Positions 17,435 to 30,700 of a DNA stretch of 64,000 nucleotides are shown here, in pieces (position 1 is the stretch's first letter; each line of letters starts with the position of its first letter). The notes below the pieces were generated by a model. The model saw only the letters and a list, made by a program, of their open reading frames with translations, did not search any database and had not been told where the DNA came from. The stretch is from positions 684,956-748,955 of the forward strand of contig CM119270.1 of the NCBI GenBank assembly GCA_051294375.1. Direction: 5' to 3'. This DNA comes from Paraspadella gotoi (Eukaryota > Animalia > Chaetognatha). The position numbers were made by a program, and so were the translations under genes.

Positions 17435-17680
17435 TAAAAAGAAAAAGAAACAGAAAAGAAAATAAAGAAAAAGAAAAAGTTAAAAGAAAATAATAAAAGA
17501 AAAAGAAAAAGAAAGAAAAAAAAAAAAAAAAGAAAAAGAAAAAGAAAAATGAAAGGAGAAGGAAATGTTTAAAGAAAATAAAGAAAACAAAAAGAAAAAT
17601 AGATAATTTTTTTCTGTCTTCCTAAAAAATGTAGTACGTGGGAGCAAGACTAGTGTTTGTTTACTGTAACAAAGTTGACG

Positions 17681-17711
<31 letters not shown>

Positions 17712-19687
17712 TAAGAAGAGAGAAAATCAAGTTTGATGTCATAACTAATATGATTTTTTTTTCCCCTTAAGATCTCGTCATTCGAACCATTTAATGACTC
17801 AAACGCGCCTCATCGCCGCCTCTCTTCCGCTCGCCGCCGCCGCGCCGCTGCCGCCGCCGCCGCCACGCCTCCGCCGCCACAGACGACGATTTATGATTGA
17901 CGGTTCAAAATTTGCATTTTTCCCCCTGACGAGATGGACGGCAACGCGGACGACGACGACGACGACGACGACAACAATTGCAATGATAAACCATCTACCA
18001 TTTGCGTGTCTCCTTCTCTCTCTCCCACCCCCCAGAGTCAACTCAACTCAATCTCCCGCCCATTTTCTCCCCCTTTCCTTTTGCATTTTGGCTTTGCACC
18101 GTTTAACGATTTATGTAATCATCGCGCATGACGACGATACACGAACAACGACGAACAACGACGAACGACGAACGCGACGAAGAAGAAGAAAATCATAAGT
18201 TGATGTCATAACTAATTTGATTTTTTTCCCCTTTAACGATTCTCGTCATTCGAACATTATAATGACTTCAAACGCCGCCTCATCGCCCGCTCTCTTCCGC
18301 CGCCGCCCCGCGCCGCCGCTGCCGCCGGCCCCGCGCCTCCGCCGCCACAGACGACCGATTATGATGACGGAGTCAAATTGCGATTTTTCCCCCTGCGAGA
18401 TGGACGCAACGACCGGACGACGACGACGACCGACGACACAACAATTGCAATGATAAAACCATATTACCATTGGTGTTCTCCTTTCTCTCTCTCCCCCCCC
18501 CAGAGTCAACTCAACTCAAAATCTCCCGCCATTTTCTCCCCTTTCCTTTTAGCATTTGGCTTGCACCGTAACGACTTATGTAATCAAATCGCGATGACAC
18601 GATGACGAGAACAACGACGAAACAACGACGAACGACGACGACGACGAAGAAGAAGGAAAATCAGTTGATTGTCATAACTAATATGATTTTTTTCCCCTTT
18701 AACGATCTCGTCATTCGAACATTATAATGACTCAAAACGCGCCCTCATCCGCCGCTCTCTTCCGCCGCCGCCTGGCCGCCGCCGCTGCCGCCGCCGCGCG
18801 CCGCCTCCGCCGCCACAGACGACGATTATGTGGCGGATCAAAAATTGCATTTTTCCCCCTGCGAGATGGACGCAACGACGACGACGACGACGACGGACGA
18901 CGACAACAATTGCAATGATAAACCATTTACCATTTGGTTCTCCTTCTCTCTCTCCCCCCCCCAGAAGTCAACTCAACTCAAAATCTTCCCGCCATTTCTA
19001 TCCCCCCTTTGGTCCTTTTTCATTTGCTTGCACCGCGTTACGACTTATGTAATCAAATCGCCGATGGACGACGATGCGGACGAAACAACGACGAACAACG
19101 ACGAACGGACGAACGACGACGACGAACGACGACGATCGACGACGAACGACGACGACGGACCGACGACACGAACGACGATTGAAAACGACGACGAACGACG
19201 ACGACGGACGACGACGAACGACCGCATTGAAAAACGACGACGAACGACGACGACGACGACGACGACGACGAACGCACGATGAAGACGACGACGACGACGA
19301 ACAAACGACTTACGACGAACAACGACGACGACGACGACGAACGACGATTGAGACGAACGAACAACGACCGAACAACGACGAACGGACGACCGACGACGAA
19401 CAACGACGAACAACGACGACGCGACGACGAACAACGACGAACGGACACGAACGACGAGACGAACGACGAAGACGACGGCCAACGAAGGGGAAAAAAATAT
19501 CTTTCTCGACGCATTTAAAACTAATTTGCATATTAAAAAGACAAAAAAATTAGAAGGGGAGGAAAATCGATTTCTGAGGTCGAGAGGGGGGGGGTGTTGC
19601 GAGAAAGGGGAAGGGGGGAATTTGGGGCGGGGAGTGAAATATGCGGGGAGAATTTGGGGGGGGAATTTTGGCGGGGATCTCTCTCTT
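17219..19687 (+). repeat. Direct duplicate of 2226-4537 (block A)
   Basis: Both start cgtgcaaccaat and end gcggggatctctctctt; ORFs 3156-3392 and 18217-18453 translate identically (offset 15061). Confidence 0.96.
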
Positions 19688-21922
19688 GAGAGCTTGGAAA
19701 CGAGAGAAAAAACTGACAAGCGAAAGCTAAAACGTAATTTGAATTTTTTTTGTTGTTGTTTAATTCAAAAAGGATTAGGCTTCTCACAGACGTACAGATT
19801 CGCTGACAGACGGACGTAAGGACTGAGGGAAATGCGAAAACTGAATTCATAAAAATAAAAATTTGTTTACGAATGAGAAAATTAGACGCGGAATAATAAT
19901 CAAGACTTCCAGTGAAGAGGATATCTGAGACTTTTTCAGTTGCGACTCGAGTCGGTCGGTCCTTATGTCTGTCCGTCAGTCAGTTTGTTGGTAGTCGTCT
20001 TGTCTGTCTCACGTTAAAAATGTTCATAACTCAATTTAGTTAAAATTTAATATGCATATGTGAAGTCACTATGTTAACTTAAAAAGCAATCATAAGACTC
20101 AAAATTAAATGTTGATTAAATTTGGTTTCTCTTTTGCTAAAAGGAAAAGAATTTCAAATCTAAGCGACTGCGAGAACCACGTTTGGTTTCCCTATAAATT
20201 CATATAAAGGATTAAAAGCCGGTTTTATGTATTATCAAATTCTAATTATCCCTAATTGTGTGTCTGCGGATAAGGCGATAAGGTGTAATTGAACCCGGTA
20301 ATCAGTGGTCATGAGCTGATGGCTTTACTCAATGAGCCACCGGATCACGAACTTATGAAATGCCCGACAACATGTCATGATAAGTTAAGCAGAATTTTAA
20401 GCTCAGAGGCAAACAGATAGACAGATAGGTTGGCGTACAGACAGACTGACAGAAACACTGCAATATATATTGTCTAAATAAAACTGTAAACAAAAAAAAT
20501 TACGTCCCGCAAAATCTTAACTGGGAAATAATGTCACAGCACAGGATAAAATGTAGCAGGGACAAAAAAACCCTTAGAGCTTTTGTTGTTATTTTCGTTA
20601 TTTTTGTCGTCGTCGTTCGTCGTCTTTGTCGTCGTCTTTGTCGTTGTCGTCGTCTTTTTCGTCGTTCGTTGTCGTTCGTCGTCTTTGCCGTCGTCGTCGT
20701 CGTCTTTGTCGTTGTCTTTGTCGTCGTCGTCATCGTCGCTTTCTTTTCCGCCTTCTGAGTGAATTTCTTAGTTCGACTTAAAAGCTTCCGACTTCTTTCC
20801 TTTTAGTCCAACTCTTTTTTTTTCTTTCTTTCTTTTTTTCTATCTTTTTCTTTTTTTTCTTTTTCTTTCTTTCTTTTTCGTATTTTTTTATTTTTATTAT
20901 TCTTTTCTTTTGACTTTTTTCCCCATTTTTTCCTATTATTTTTTCCCCTTTTAATTTTTATCAGCAGATCCCGACTCTATAATCCACTTTGTCAGTCCGT
21001 CGGTCCGCCCCCTATATCTTGTTCTTGTCTATTGATTATTCTTTGCTTTTACAATATATCCTTTCTTTTAAACTTATTTTGTCTTCTACTCTCTTTTTAT
21101 CCCATATATACATGCCCCTCTTTGTTCTTCCACGAAATGATCCCCTTTCTGTTCCTCCTTTTTGTTCCGCCTTTTGTTCCTCTCTATGTTCCCCTTTGTG
21201 TTACCGAACTCTTGGTTTCCCCTCCATGTTTCGCCTTTTGTGTCCGCCTCTTTGTTCCCTCTATGTTACCCCATGATGATTTGTTCCTGTCTTTGTTCTC
21301 CTCTATGTTCCCTTTTCTGGTTCCCTTTTTGTTTGCCTTTTTTGTTCCCCTCTATGTTCTTCCTTTTGTTCCCATCCTTTTTTCCCCTATATGTTCCTCT
21401 TTTTGTTCCCCTCTATGTTCCCGCTTTTTTGGTTCCCCCTCTTTGTTCCCTCTTTGTTTCCCCTCTTTTTTCCGCGCACTATGTTTCCTTTTTTTCTCAA
21501 TCCTTATCACTTCTTTTAATTCTTTCCCTCTTTTTCCTCTCTCTCCTTTTTTTCCCTTTCAACTTAGTCTTTCCTCTATTGACTTTATGCTCATTGCGGC
21601 TTATTTTCGTGCCGTCGTCGTCGTTCGATCGTGTCGGGTCGTCGTCGTCTCGTCGTACGTTCCAGTTGGCATTTATATCCGATATTCTTGAGTCGTCGTC
21701 TGTTATTTCCATAAGTCAAACTTTGAAATCGCAAAGGTATCGTTTATCGATTCCCTCTTGTCGTCGTGTGTGTTATTAATGTCGTTGTCGTTGCGTTGTT
21801 ATTATCGTTGTTGTTCTTCCCATCGCGCGTCGTGCCATGGGAAAAACAACGAGCGTCGAGGGAAATAAAGAAATGAACACCACAGAAAAATGGTTAAGGC
21901 GGCCGGTGAAAAGGAAAGTGAG

Positions 21923-21958
<36 letters not shown>

Positions 21959-22082
21959 AGGAGAGAGAGAGAGAGGGAGATGAGGAGAGAGAGCTGTTGA
22001 GGAGAGAGAGAGAGAGAGAGATGCGCAAGGTCAACAAGAGGAAAAAAAATCTTTCTTTTTAGTTCAAACATTTTCTTCTTCT
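19688..22082 (+). repeat. Direct duplicate of 8671-10785 (block C)
   Basis: Both start gagagcttggaaacgagaga and end agttcaaa(a)cattttcttcttcttt. Confidence 0.95.
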
Positions 22083-22576
22083 TTTTTTTTTTTTTTTGAA
22101 AGAGACAAACTTTCTGTACTTAAAACAGCGAATATGTGTACTTATAATAAACTCTTACAAAAGCCGAATTATGAGTACGTGATCGTTTAACCTACAAAAA
22201 ATTATATACATTCAAGTGAACCGCGTGTGTTAATACAATCTCTGACACAAATCTTTTATTGCTAATGTTCATTCATTGCGTTTTGTTTCTTTTCTTCTTC
22301 ATGTTGTTTTCTTATCTTCAGCTTGTCCTCGTCGTGTCGTCGTAGTCGTCGTGGTTTTGTTCGTCGTTCTTATCTCCGTCTGTCTTTCACGGGGCCGACA
22401 CATCATTGGTCTTCCAAAGGTGTTCTGTAAACGAGAGGGAATAAATCAACTGCAACTGTCGTCGTCGTCGTCGTGCTTTCGTCGTCCGTCGTCGTCTTCG
22501 TCGTCGTCGTCGTCGTCGTGCAGCGCGGACGTTTGACCACTGAATCAATGTCCACAGACTTGTAAACCAGGAATAC

Positions 22577-22638
<62 letters not shown>

Positions 22639-23149
22639 GAGGAAGAGAGAGGAGAAGAGTGACGAGAGAGAGAGGAATGACCTAGTTCCCATCGGCGACG
22701 GGGTACTGCAAAGGCACATATCAATCTCGCGGACCCGAAGCGTAATATGCGTTCAATGTTGCGAAGGGAAAGCTTATGGTGGTTAAAGTTGGGGGATGGA
22801 AGGGGGGAGAGGAGAGGGTGGAGGAGGAGATGAGTGGAGGAGAGAGGAGAGGAGGAAGAGGGAGAGAGTGGGGATAAGGTTGAATAAACGTTTAATAACA
22901 TATTCAGATTAAATATTAAAGTTAAAATTAAATTTTAGGGAGAAACGAAGAGAAATTTGGCCAAGAAATAAATGGTCAGAGTTGGTCAGTTATGTTCTGC
23001 TTTGGAGTTGAAGGATGATTTTGAAATGGGGGAGTAATAGAGAATAGGGGGGGAGAGGGACAGAGAGCGAGATGAGACGGAGGAAACATTTAGGGATTAG
23101 TAGGGATGACATCGAAAAGGTTAGGAATTGGAAAGGAGACGATTACGAG

Positions 23150-23200
<51 letters not shown>

Positions 23201-23205
23201 AAGAG

Positions 23206-23256
<51 letters not shown>

Positions 23257-23446
23257 GAAAGAAAGTTCCAGAGAATAACAGAAGATCACTGTATGAGATC
23301 GATACCAATATAAAAATTATCCATTCATTCAATAAATAAGCTATTTTAAATATAAATAAGCTAAATTAAGGCCTTTATCCCTTTTACAAGATAATTTCCT
23401 AATCAATGCAGGTTTTCAAACAAGACCGTTTTAAATAACTCTGTAT

Positions 23447-23488
23447 AATATCTGTAGTATGATCTGTAGTATGATCTGTAGTATGATC
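23447..23488. repeat. 12-bp minisatellite (atctgtagtatg) x~3.3
   Basis: Direct inspection. Confidence 0.9.
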
Positions 23489-24016
23489 ATTAGAACCCGG
23501 GTAAGTGACTGCGACGATTCAGGTGAGGATTTGATTGAAAGATCAAAATTGGAGGAGAATATAAAAGGAACTCGTTAGGAAATGTCGTTGTTGTTGTCGT
23601 TGTCGTCGTCGTTGTCGTTGCGTCACGAAAGGTTGATTGACGGGAAATGTAAAGATGTCGCTGAGAATTGTAAAAGGTTACGACTCAGAGAGGGAGAAGA
23701 AGAGGAGGGAGAGAGGGAGGGAGAGAGGGAAGGGAGGAAGAGGAAGGAGGGAGAGAGGGAAAAGGCGGAGAAGGAGGAGGGAGGAGAGAGGGAGTGAAGA
23801 GGCGGAGAGGAGGGAGAAAGATGGGGGAGGAGAGGAGGACAGGTGATAAGAATGCTGTAATGGAGGAAGAGTCGAGGAAAGACGAAGAGGAGGAGAGGGA
23901 GGGAGGGAAGTTAGGAGGAAGAAGAGAGAGAGGTGAAGGGAGAAGAGAGAGGAAGAGAAAGTGAAAGTTTAAGAGGAGAAGAGACTGAAGAGAGAAAAAG
24001 GGATGGAGGGAGAAAC

Positions 24017-24198
24017 TTGTGATTCCATCTCATTAAATCGTTTGACCTCAAAGGTCAACACAGAATTTGGAATGAGGGGGTCAGTGACAGCGCCGCCGCC
24101 GCCGACGCCCAAGCAGCTGTCCATCGACCGCAGGTTGCTGCGGCTGTAGATCCTTCCTGCAGCAGGATGATTGAGGCACTGGTCACTACCGTTGCATC
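24017..24198 (-). CDS. Candidate internal exon of an unidentified protein (CNGSDQCLNHPAAGRIYSRSNLRSMDSCLGVGGGGAVTDPLIPNSVLTFEVKRFNEMESQ)
   Basis: 60 open codons of balanced composition between CAG and GT on the minus strand; mirrored with indels at ~33795-33985. Confidence 0.4.
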
Positions 24199-24396
24199 CT
24201 GATCAATTTTGGTCAAGCTGTTCCATCAGATGCAATGATTTTCAAGGCTAATTTTTAAATAAAAATATAAGTGAAAATATAGAGCGAATTGTTTAAATGT
24301 ATTATTATCTTGTAAGACGTCACGAGGTAACATAGCATATTTATTATATAAATAAGTTAAGGGATGTTGGAGGGAGGAAAAAATCTGATGCCATAT

Positions 24397-24449
<53 letters not shown>

Positions 24450-24593
24450 AGAGGAGAGAGAGAGAGAGAGAGACGTTTTTTGCTCATGTCAGCCCATCGC
24501 TGGTGGGCATCGCAATGATTGTTTATTCCCGTTTAAATTTTCCACGGTCAGTTTACCTGCGGCCTTCTCGTGGCGCCATAGGAGAAAAAGACG

Positions 24594-24642
<49 letters not shown>

Positions 24643-24728
24643 ATCTCTCTCTCTTTCTCTCTTCATTCTCTAATGACGAGAGGAATGAAAAACAATCATG
24701 GGAGGAATTAAAAAATACGACTGACGAT

Positions 24729-24848
<120 letters not shown>

Positions 24849-25174
24849 GAGCATTGGTCAGCGTCACGAAGGCAATAATATTTTTTTTCCCTTTTAATTT
24901 TTCTCTCTCTTCTTATCCATTTCTGGTTCCATTTATCCATTTTTTTCCCATTTTTATTATTCATTTTTCTCTTCATACCTTCCAAGGTCTTTTAGTATTC
25001 GTATTTTTCTACCTTCTCTTTTATTTTATTTCATATTTCCTATTTGATTTTCTTCGAATTGTAACCGTCTCCTTTTTTGAACAATTATTCTATTCCGACC
25101 ACAACATTTAGCAATAAAGCTAATTTATGCTGAGAGAAAAGTTAAGAAATTGTTTCTTTAATGTTTTTCTTATT

Positions 25175-25280
25175 CTCTCGTGTGATGGAGGCCTTTAACC
25201 ACCACAGCCTGTCCAAAGTCAGGGGCAAGTTAGCTTATTTATTAAATTGACAGATATTTTTATATTTTTTGTACTAATAC
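25175..25280. mobile_element. Independent copy of repeat family R1
   Basis: gtgatggaggcctttaaccaccacagcctgtccaaagtcaggggcaagttagctt matches 4776-4830, with different flanks. Confidence 0.75.
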
Positions 25281-25772
25281 CATTTAAAAAAATTAATAAG
25301 CTTAACTTTATACAATGAAAAATATATATCGATATGAATATCTCCATTTTCTCGCAAATAATGAATAAGAAAAAAATAAGATTATTTTTTTCATTTCTCA
25401 TTTTTCTTGTTTATTCCTCATCCTTTTTTTTTCTTTTCTTTTCTTTCTTTTTTTTTCTGATTCATTTCATCGTCATTCTGAGCCAAGGTATCTTTTTTTT
25501 TCTCCATCAACGACGACGACGACGACGACGACGACGAAGACCGACGATCAATCACGCCTTTTTTCTCGGTATAAATAGGACGCTGACCAGATCTCTCGCT
25601 CTCGTGGAAAAAACAACCATCAACGCTCATGACGCATCAGACTTTCCCAAGTTACAAACCAAATAAGATAGGAAAGTCATGTACTCAAAAAAATTAATTA
25701 AACTAATATTAGAGAGTATTGCAGTTTGCAGGAGTCCTGTAATGTTTTTATGTTTTTATCTTGTTAGAGGAA

Positions 25773-25894
25773 TGTCAGGCCTTTAACCAGGTATGACAGG
25801 CCTTTAACCAGGTATGACAGGCCTTTAACCAGGTATGACAGGCCTTTAACCAGGTATGACAGGCCTTTAACCAGGTATGTCAGGCCTTTAACCA
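25773..25894. repeat. 21-bp minisatellite (caggcctttaaccaggtatga) x~5.7
   Basis: Near-perfect head-to-tail units with no spacers; unit overlaps the R1 core aggcctttaacca. Confidence 0.95.
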
Positions 25895-25960
25895 CATGTT
25901 CATATCCAGTATCTTAAGTCAGAAAGCAACATTGCTTATTTATGAATGTATATTTCATAG

Positions 25961-26111
25961 ACACGCCAGTGACATGGGGTGGTCACTGCAGGTCCAAAGC
26001 CCTGAGCTCCAGCTGTCGGGAGATGTCTCACACACCAAGCATCACACATGTCCCCCCATTGCCATACAACAAACATAAAATGGCGAGGAATGACGAGGAA
26101 TGGAGCTCAAT
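25961..26111 (+). CDS. Weak candidate exon (TPVTWGGHCRSKALSSSCREMSHTPSITHVPPLPYNKHKMARNDEEWSS)
   Basis: tttcatag acceptor, open frame, donor-like gttgagt; no family recognised. Confidence 0.2.
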
Positions 26112-26974
26112 GTTGAGTTTAATTTCCGAGTTTAAAAAGTTAAAACGTGAGATTAAAAAGCCCTTAAAATTTAAATCACCCAACGCTGTAAAAAACGTTT
26201 AACGTCCGCGCTTTTTTCTAGAGGCACTAATTATACAAAAGACAAATAATTAATTTTAATTATAATATCTTCTTCACATTCTAAACTGGCGAAGTAAGAC
26301 TCGGATGTTGCCCGTCGTCGTGTACGCCGGCAACGGTGGTGACAAGCCATGACCGGAGTAACAGGACTAAAGAGAAATTCTTTCGTCAAACTTAACATAT
26401 CATAACATTAAAATACATCAATTAATCTGGAGTATTCCCCGCAGGGTTGACACTCCATCCAAAGTTTTTTTATGTGGTGACAGGCGGGATTATTTCCACG
26501 CCTCCGAAGGCAGAAGTTCGTTTACAATAATATTTAATAAAAACTTCGAATTTTTACATTGTGACGCAGTCCAAACAACACATTTAACATTGTTTATTGA
26601 GCAAACAGTAAATATAATTATATAAGGAACTTATTTTAATTAATCTGCTTTATTTACAATGATATTGTCTCAATAGTTAAAAAATATGGACCTCCAGCGT
26701 TATGACCAGAATATATTAGGAACAAATCTATTTCTGCAATATGCAAATGAGATTGAAGTCTCAATATCTCCTCGACAGAAATGTTTAGTGTCAAATATAT
26801 GTTATAAGTGAAGAAGTCTGATTTTAGGCGCTTTATTATATTGATTGTCTTAATTCTTAAAAAGAAAAGATTTTTAGATCATAAATACCATCATTTTTTT
26901 ACAAATCTATTATTACAACATGCAAATGAGATTAAAATATTAATTTATTAGCCTCACCCAAACAACACCCTTTG

Positions 26975-27140
26975 ACTCCTAATCTTCCCCCTACCCTCCC
27001 TTCCCTAACCAAGCCCAATCCACCATTCCCTAACCTACCCCCCTACCCTCCCTTCCCTAACCTCCCCATACCCTCCCTTACCCAACCTACCCTTATCCTC
27101 CCTTCCCTAACCTGGCCCCTAACCTCCCCCCCTATCCCTC
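26975..27140. repeat. Degenerate CCCTAAC/CCTAC telomere-like C-rich tract
   Basis: ttccctaacc repeated 4 times among ccctaccc variants. Confidence 0.7.
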
Positions 27141-27287
27141 CACCTCAACTTTTCCCTGTCGCCTTCGAGACGCACGTTCCAGATCGTTTTGTCGCGCGGC
27201 GCCTGAAAAAAAAAAAAGAAAGAAAAAAAGGAAAAAAAGGAAAAAAATGGGAAAAAAAAGGAATGCATCTTTTATTTTCTTTTTCTC

Positions 27288-27520
27288 TTTTTTAAGTTGC
27301 GCCGCTAGTGTAGCGACTCTATAAGTCAATTTCCGCTCGGTCAGTCAGTCTCTCTTATTTATGTTTTAAATCCTGTTAACTCAGATTGGGCTGCATCAAA
27401 CTAGTTCATATTTTGTAAGAAACCGAAAATAATTGATTGCGACCAGATTTGAGGCTTTGTTAGAAAGAGCAAAAATTTAAAAAAATTCGGACCTTTTTAT
27501 ACATCAAATATGCATATACA
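27288..27520 (+). mobile_element. Divergent HINE-like element end
   Basis: T-run, agttgc...gcgactctataag, then ggtcagtcagtct; similar weaker ends at 8910-8990 and ~13860-13930. Confidence 0.4.
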
Positions 27521-27712
27521 TATACTTTATTGTGGAATTGTATAATACTTAAGTAGTTACCTTATTATGACAAAGATACAAAAGACAGTCATTCCAGGGC
27601 GATACTTTTAACTTGGCAGTTCTTAATTTCTTTTTTTCTTTTTTTAATTTTTTTACCTTGCTAATAATCCTGCCTTTTCACAGTAGTAAACTTACGTTTC
27701 CGGTCTTACCTG

Positions 27713-27762
<50 letters not shown>

Positions 27763-30700
27763 TGTCTCATCTCCTCTCTCTCTCTCTCGTCTCTCTTCCT
27801 CTTTAATTAACATTCTGCCGTAGTTCGTCCAACTTTCCGTTGGCGGGCACGAAGAGAGAAGAGAGAGACAGAAGAGAGAGAGAGAGAGAGCAAGGAGAGA
27901 GAGAGAAGAGAGAAGAGCAAGGAGTAGAGAGTGACAAGGTAAGACCGGAAACGTAAGTTTACTAAGTGTGAAAAGCAGGATTATTAGCAAGGTAAAAAAA
28001 TTAAAAAAAGAAAAAAAGAAATTAAAGAACTGCAAGTTAAAAGTATCGCCCCTGGAATGACTGTCTTTTGTCAGTTTGTCATAATAAGGTAACTACTTAA
28101 GTATTATACAATTCCACAATAAAGTATATGTAATATGCTATTTGATGTATAAAAACGGTCCGAATTTTTTTTAAATTTTTGCTCTTTCTCTAACAAAGCC
28201 TCAAATCTGGTCGCAATCAATTATTTTCGGTTTTCTTACAATAATGAACTAGTTTGACTGCAGCCCAATCTGAGTTAACAGGATTAAAACATACATACAG
28301 AGAGACTGACTGACGCGAGCGGAAATTGACTTATAGAGTCGCCTACACCTAGCGCGCAACTTAAAAAAGAGAAAAGAGAAATAAAAGATGCATTCCTTTT
28401 TTTTCCCATTTTTTTCCTTCTTTTTCCTTTTTTTCTTTCTTTTTTTTTCAGGCGCCGCGCGACAAAACGATTCTGGAACGTGCGTCTCGAAGGCGACAGG
28501 GAAAAGTTGAGGTGGAGGGAACAGGGGGGAGGTTAGGGGCCAGGTTAGGGAAGGGAGGATTAAGGGTAGGTTGGGTAAGGGAGGTATGGGGAGGTTAGGG
28601 AAGGGAGGGTAGGGGGGTAGGTTAGGGAATGGTGGATTGGGCTTGGTTAGGGAAGGGAGGTAGGGGGAAGATTAGGAGTCAAAGGGTTGTTGTTGGGTGA
28701 GGCTAATAAATTAATATTTTAATCTCATTTGCATGTTGTAATAACAGATGTTGTAAAAAAATGAATGTATTATCTTGGCTTCAGCGATCTTCATGTGTTC
28801 CAAAACCAGATGGTTCCAATCGCGCCCCTGCGGCGATTATCGTCGCCTCCAAGCATGCACGTTCAAACAATATATATGCTGATTGTTATCCTCAACCTTT
28901 TAAGAATTAAGACAATTCAAATTATAATAAGGCGCCTAAATCAGACTTCTTCACTTATAAATCTACTCATCTGACACGAAGAACAAATTTTCTTTGTATC
29001 CGGTAGAGATATATTGGAGACGTTCATATCGACACTCTGAATATGGGGCAATATCTGGAAATAGCGAAGTATATGAAATAAGAATCCTTTATATTTATCT
29101 AAAAAAATAGTATGGTTCATACATCGCACATGAGGGAGCTAGTTTAATCAATATATTCCAGTTGTTTTTTAACGCTTATAATGAAAGGACCAATATCCAG
29201 AAGAAAAATAAAGGCAGATTAATTAAACAACGATAGATTTAATCCTCATACATAATTATATTTACCTGGTTTGCTCATAAACAATGTTTTACACCATATG
29301 TGTTGTTTGGGACTGTGCGGTTCCTGCGGAGATACACGACACGTCGTGCGTACTTTAGCAATTAATCAGGTATACTCAAAAAATTCGCGCCGCACGCTCA
29401 GGAAAGACTTCGTTATAGTGTATTTGTATTGTGATTGTTGTCTTCTTTTTTCGCTGATCGTCACAAACCTTGTACTGTAACTTAAAGTATGATAACCTTC
29501 TGATGACATGGTAATCCTCGATATTGCCGGGACACTTCTGCCTTCAGGCAGGGACAACGGGAAAGAAGCAACAATTACTTGAAAGATCTATTCGCCCCGG
29601 CCCTGGGTACGACCTACATTCATAAACACAAAACTCTATCTTTTAGTCAGGAGAGTGGCGACTGGACGATGTTATTCAACCCAGCCCCTGCACAGAGAAT
29701 GCGGTCGTATAGTAGCGTCCAAGTCATTTCTTACGATTACTGGGATGTTTGAGTGCGGCTCATTCTGTGGATAGGATGTTCTTGCCAGTGAAATGGAAAT
29801 TTGTGCTCACACTCAAGTCTTTGGTGGACAAGGAAACTTTTAATAGTTTGATAGGGCTACCTTCTTAACAACCTTCCAACACCGACCAGCATCAAAGAGC
29901 TCTCACGGTCACGATTTTTGTCGGTTGGGATTGCATCTCCCAATATCAATTACCCGGTTGCCGGGCGGTTACACGACGACCGGGCACATTTCCGGATCTT
30001 ACTTTCGGCCAGTTTAGAAATGGTGAAGAAGATATTATAAGATAAATTAATTATTTTGTATTTGTAATACATTAGTGCCTCTAGAAAAAAGGCGCGGACG
30101 TTAAACGTTTTTTACGAGCGTCTCTGGGTGATTTAATAAGGTCTAGCAGTTCATCAGACATTAACTGGCCGTGTCCACAGCCTCTCCGCACGGTCTCTGC
30201 GAACGTGCTTTTACACGGCACCCTCCGGCCGGAACGCCGCATCCTAGACCCGTCACATTGAGCCCTCCCACAAGTCCTCTGCTTCCCTGACTTTACCTTC
30301 TGGCACAATGTTTACTGTATTCTGCGGCAAATGGGCAACATGCAGAGAGGTGGTCTGCGAACACAATTGGATTGAAAATGACTATAGCGGTAAAAGGGTC
30401 TGTTACCGCAGGAGCACAATCAATATACCCACAGCGCACAGACCTAGATGCCACAATGGGCGCTGACTGGGACACCTCTGCATATTGATCCAACCCCAAT
30501 GTCCAATTCATCGCAGCGGGCCGTGGCTCTATCGACAATATACACTTTGCCTAACCTAAATCAAAGCCGACTTGAATTGCTCTTGCTCCAACCTCTTCTG
30601 TCACTTTAAGATACGGGGCCTAGTTGCAACAGTGGCTTGGAACGACCGGGCAACTGACCAACACAGTACTCCTTGAGTTTAAACGAGACTGGACCATTAC

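Noticed and set aside
24040-24080. FKBP-like C-terminal motif (IPNSVLTFEVK)
   Set aside because: The upstream sequence lacks the FKBP core; the short resemblance is insufficient
25773-25894. CRISPR-like array (21-bp repeats; also the 46-bp repeats at 61956-62185)
   Set aside because: Repeats are contiguous with no unique spacers, and no cas genes are present
26975-27140. True telomere or interstitial telomeric array
   Set aside because: Highly degenerate, with no run of perfect TTAGG or TTAGGG units
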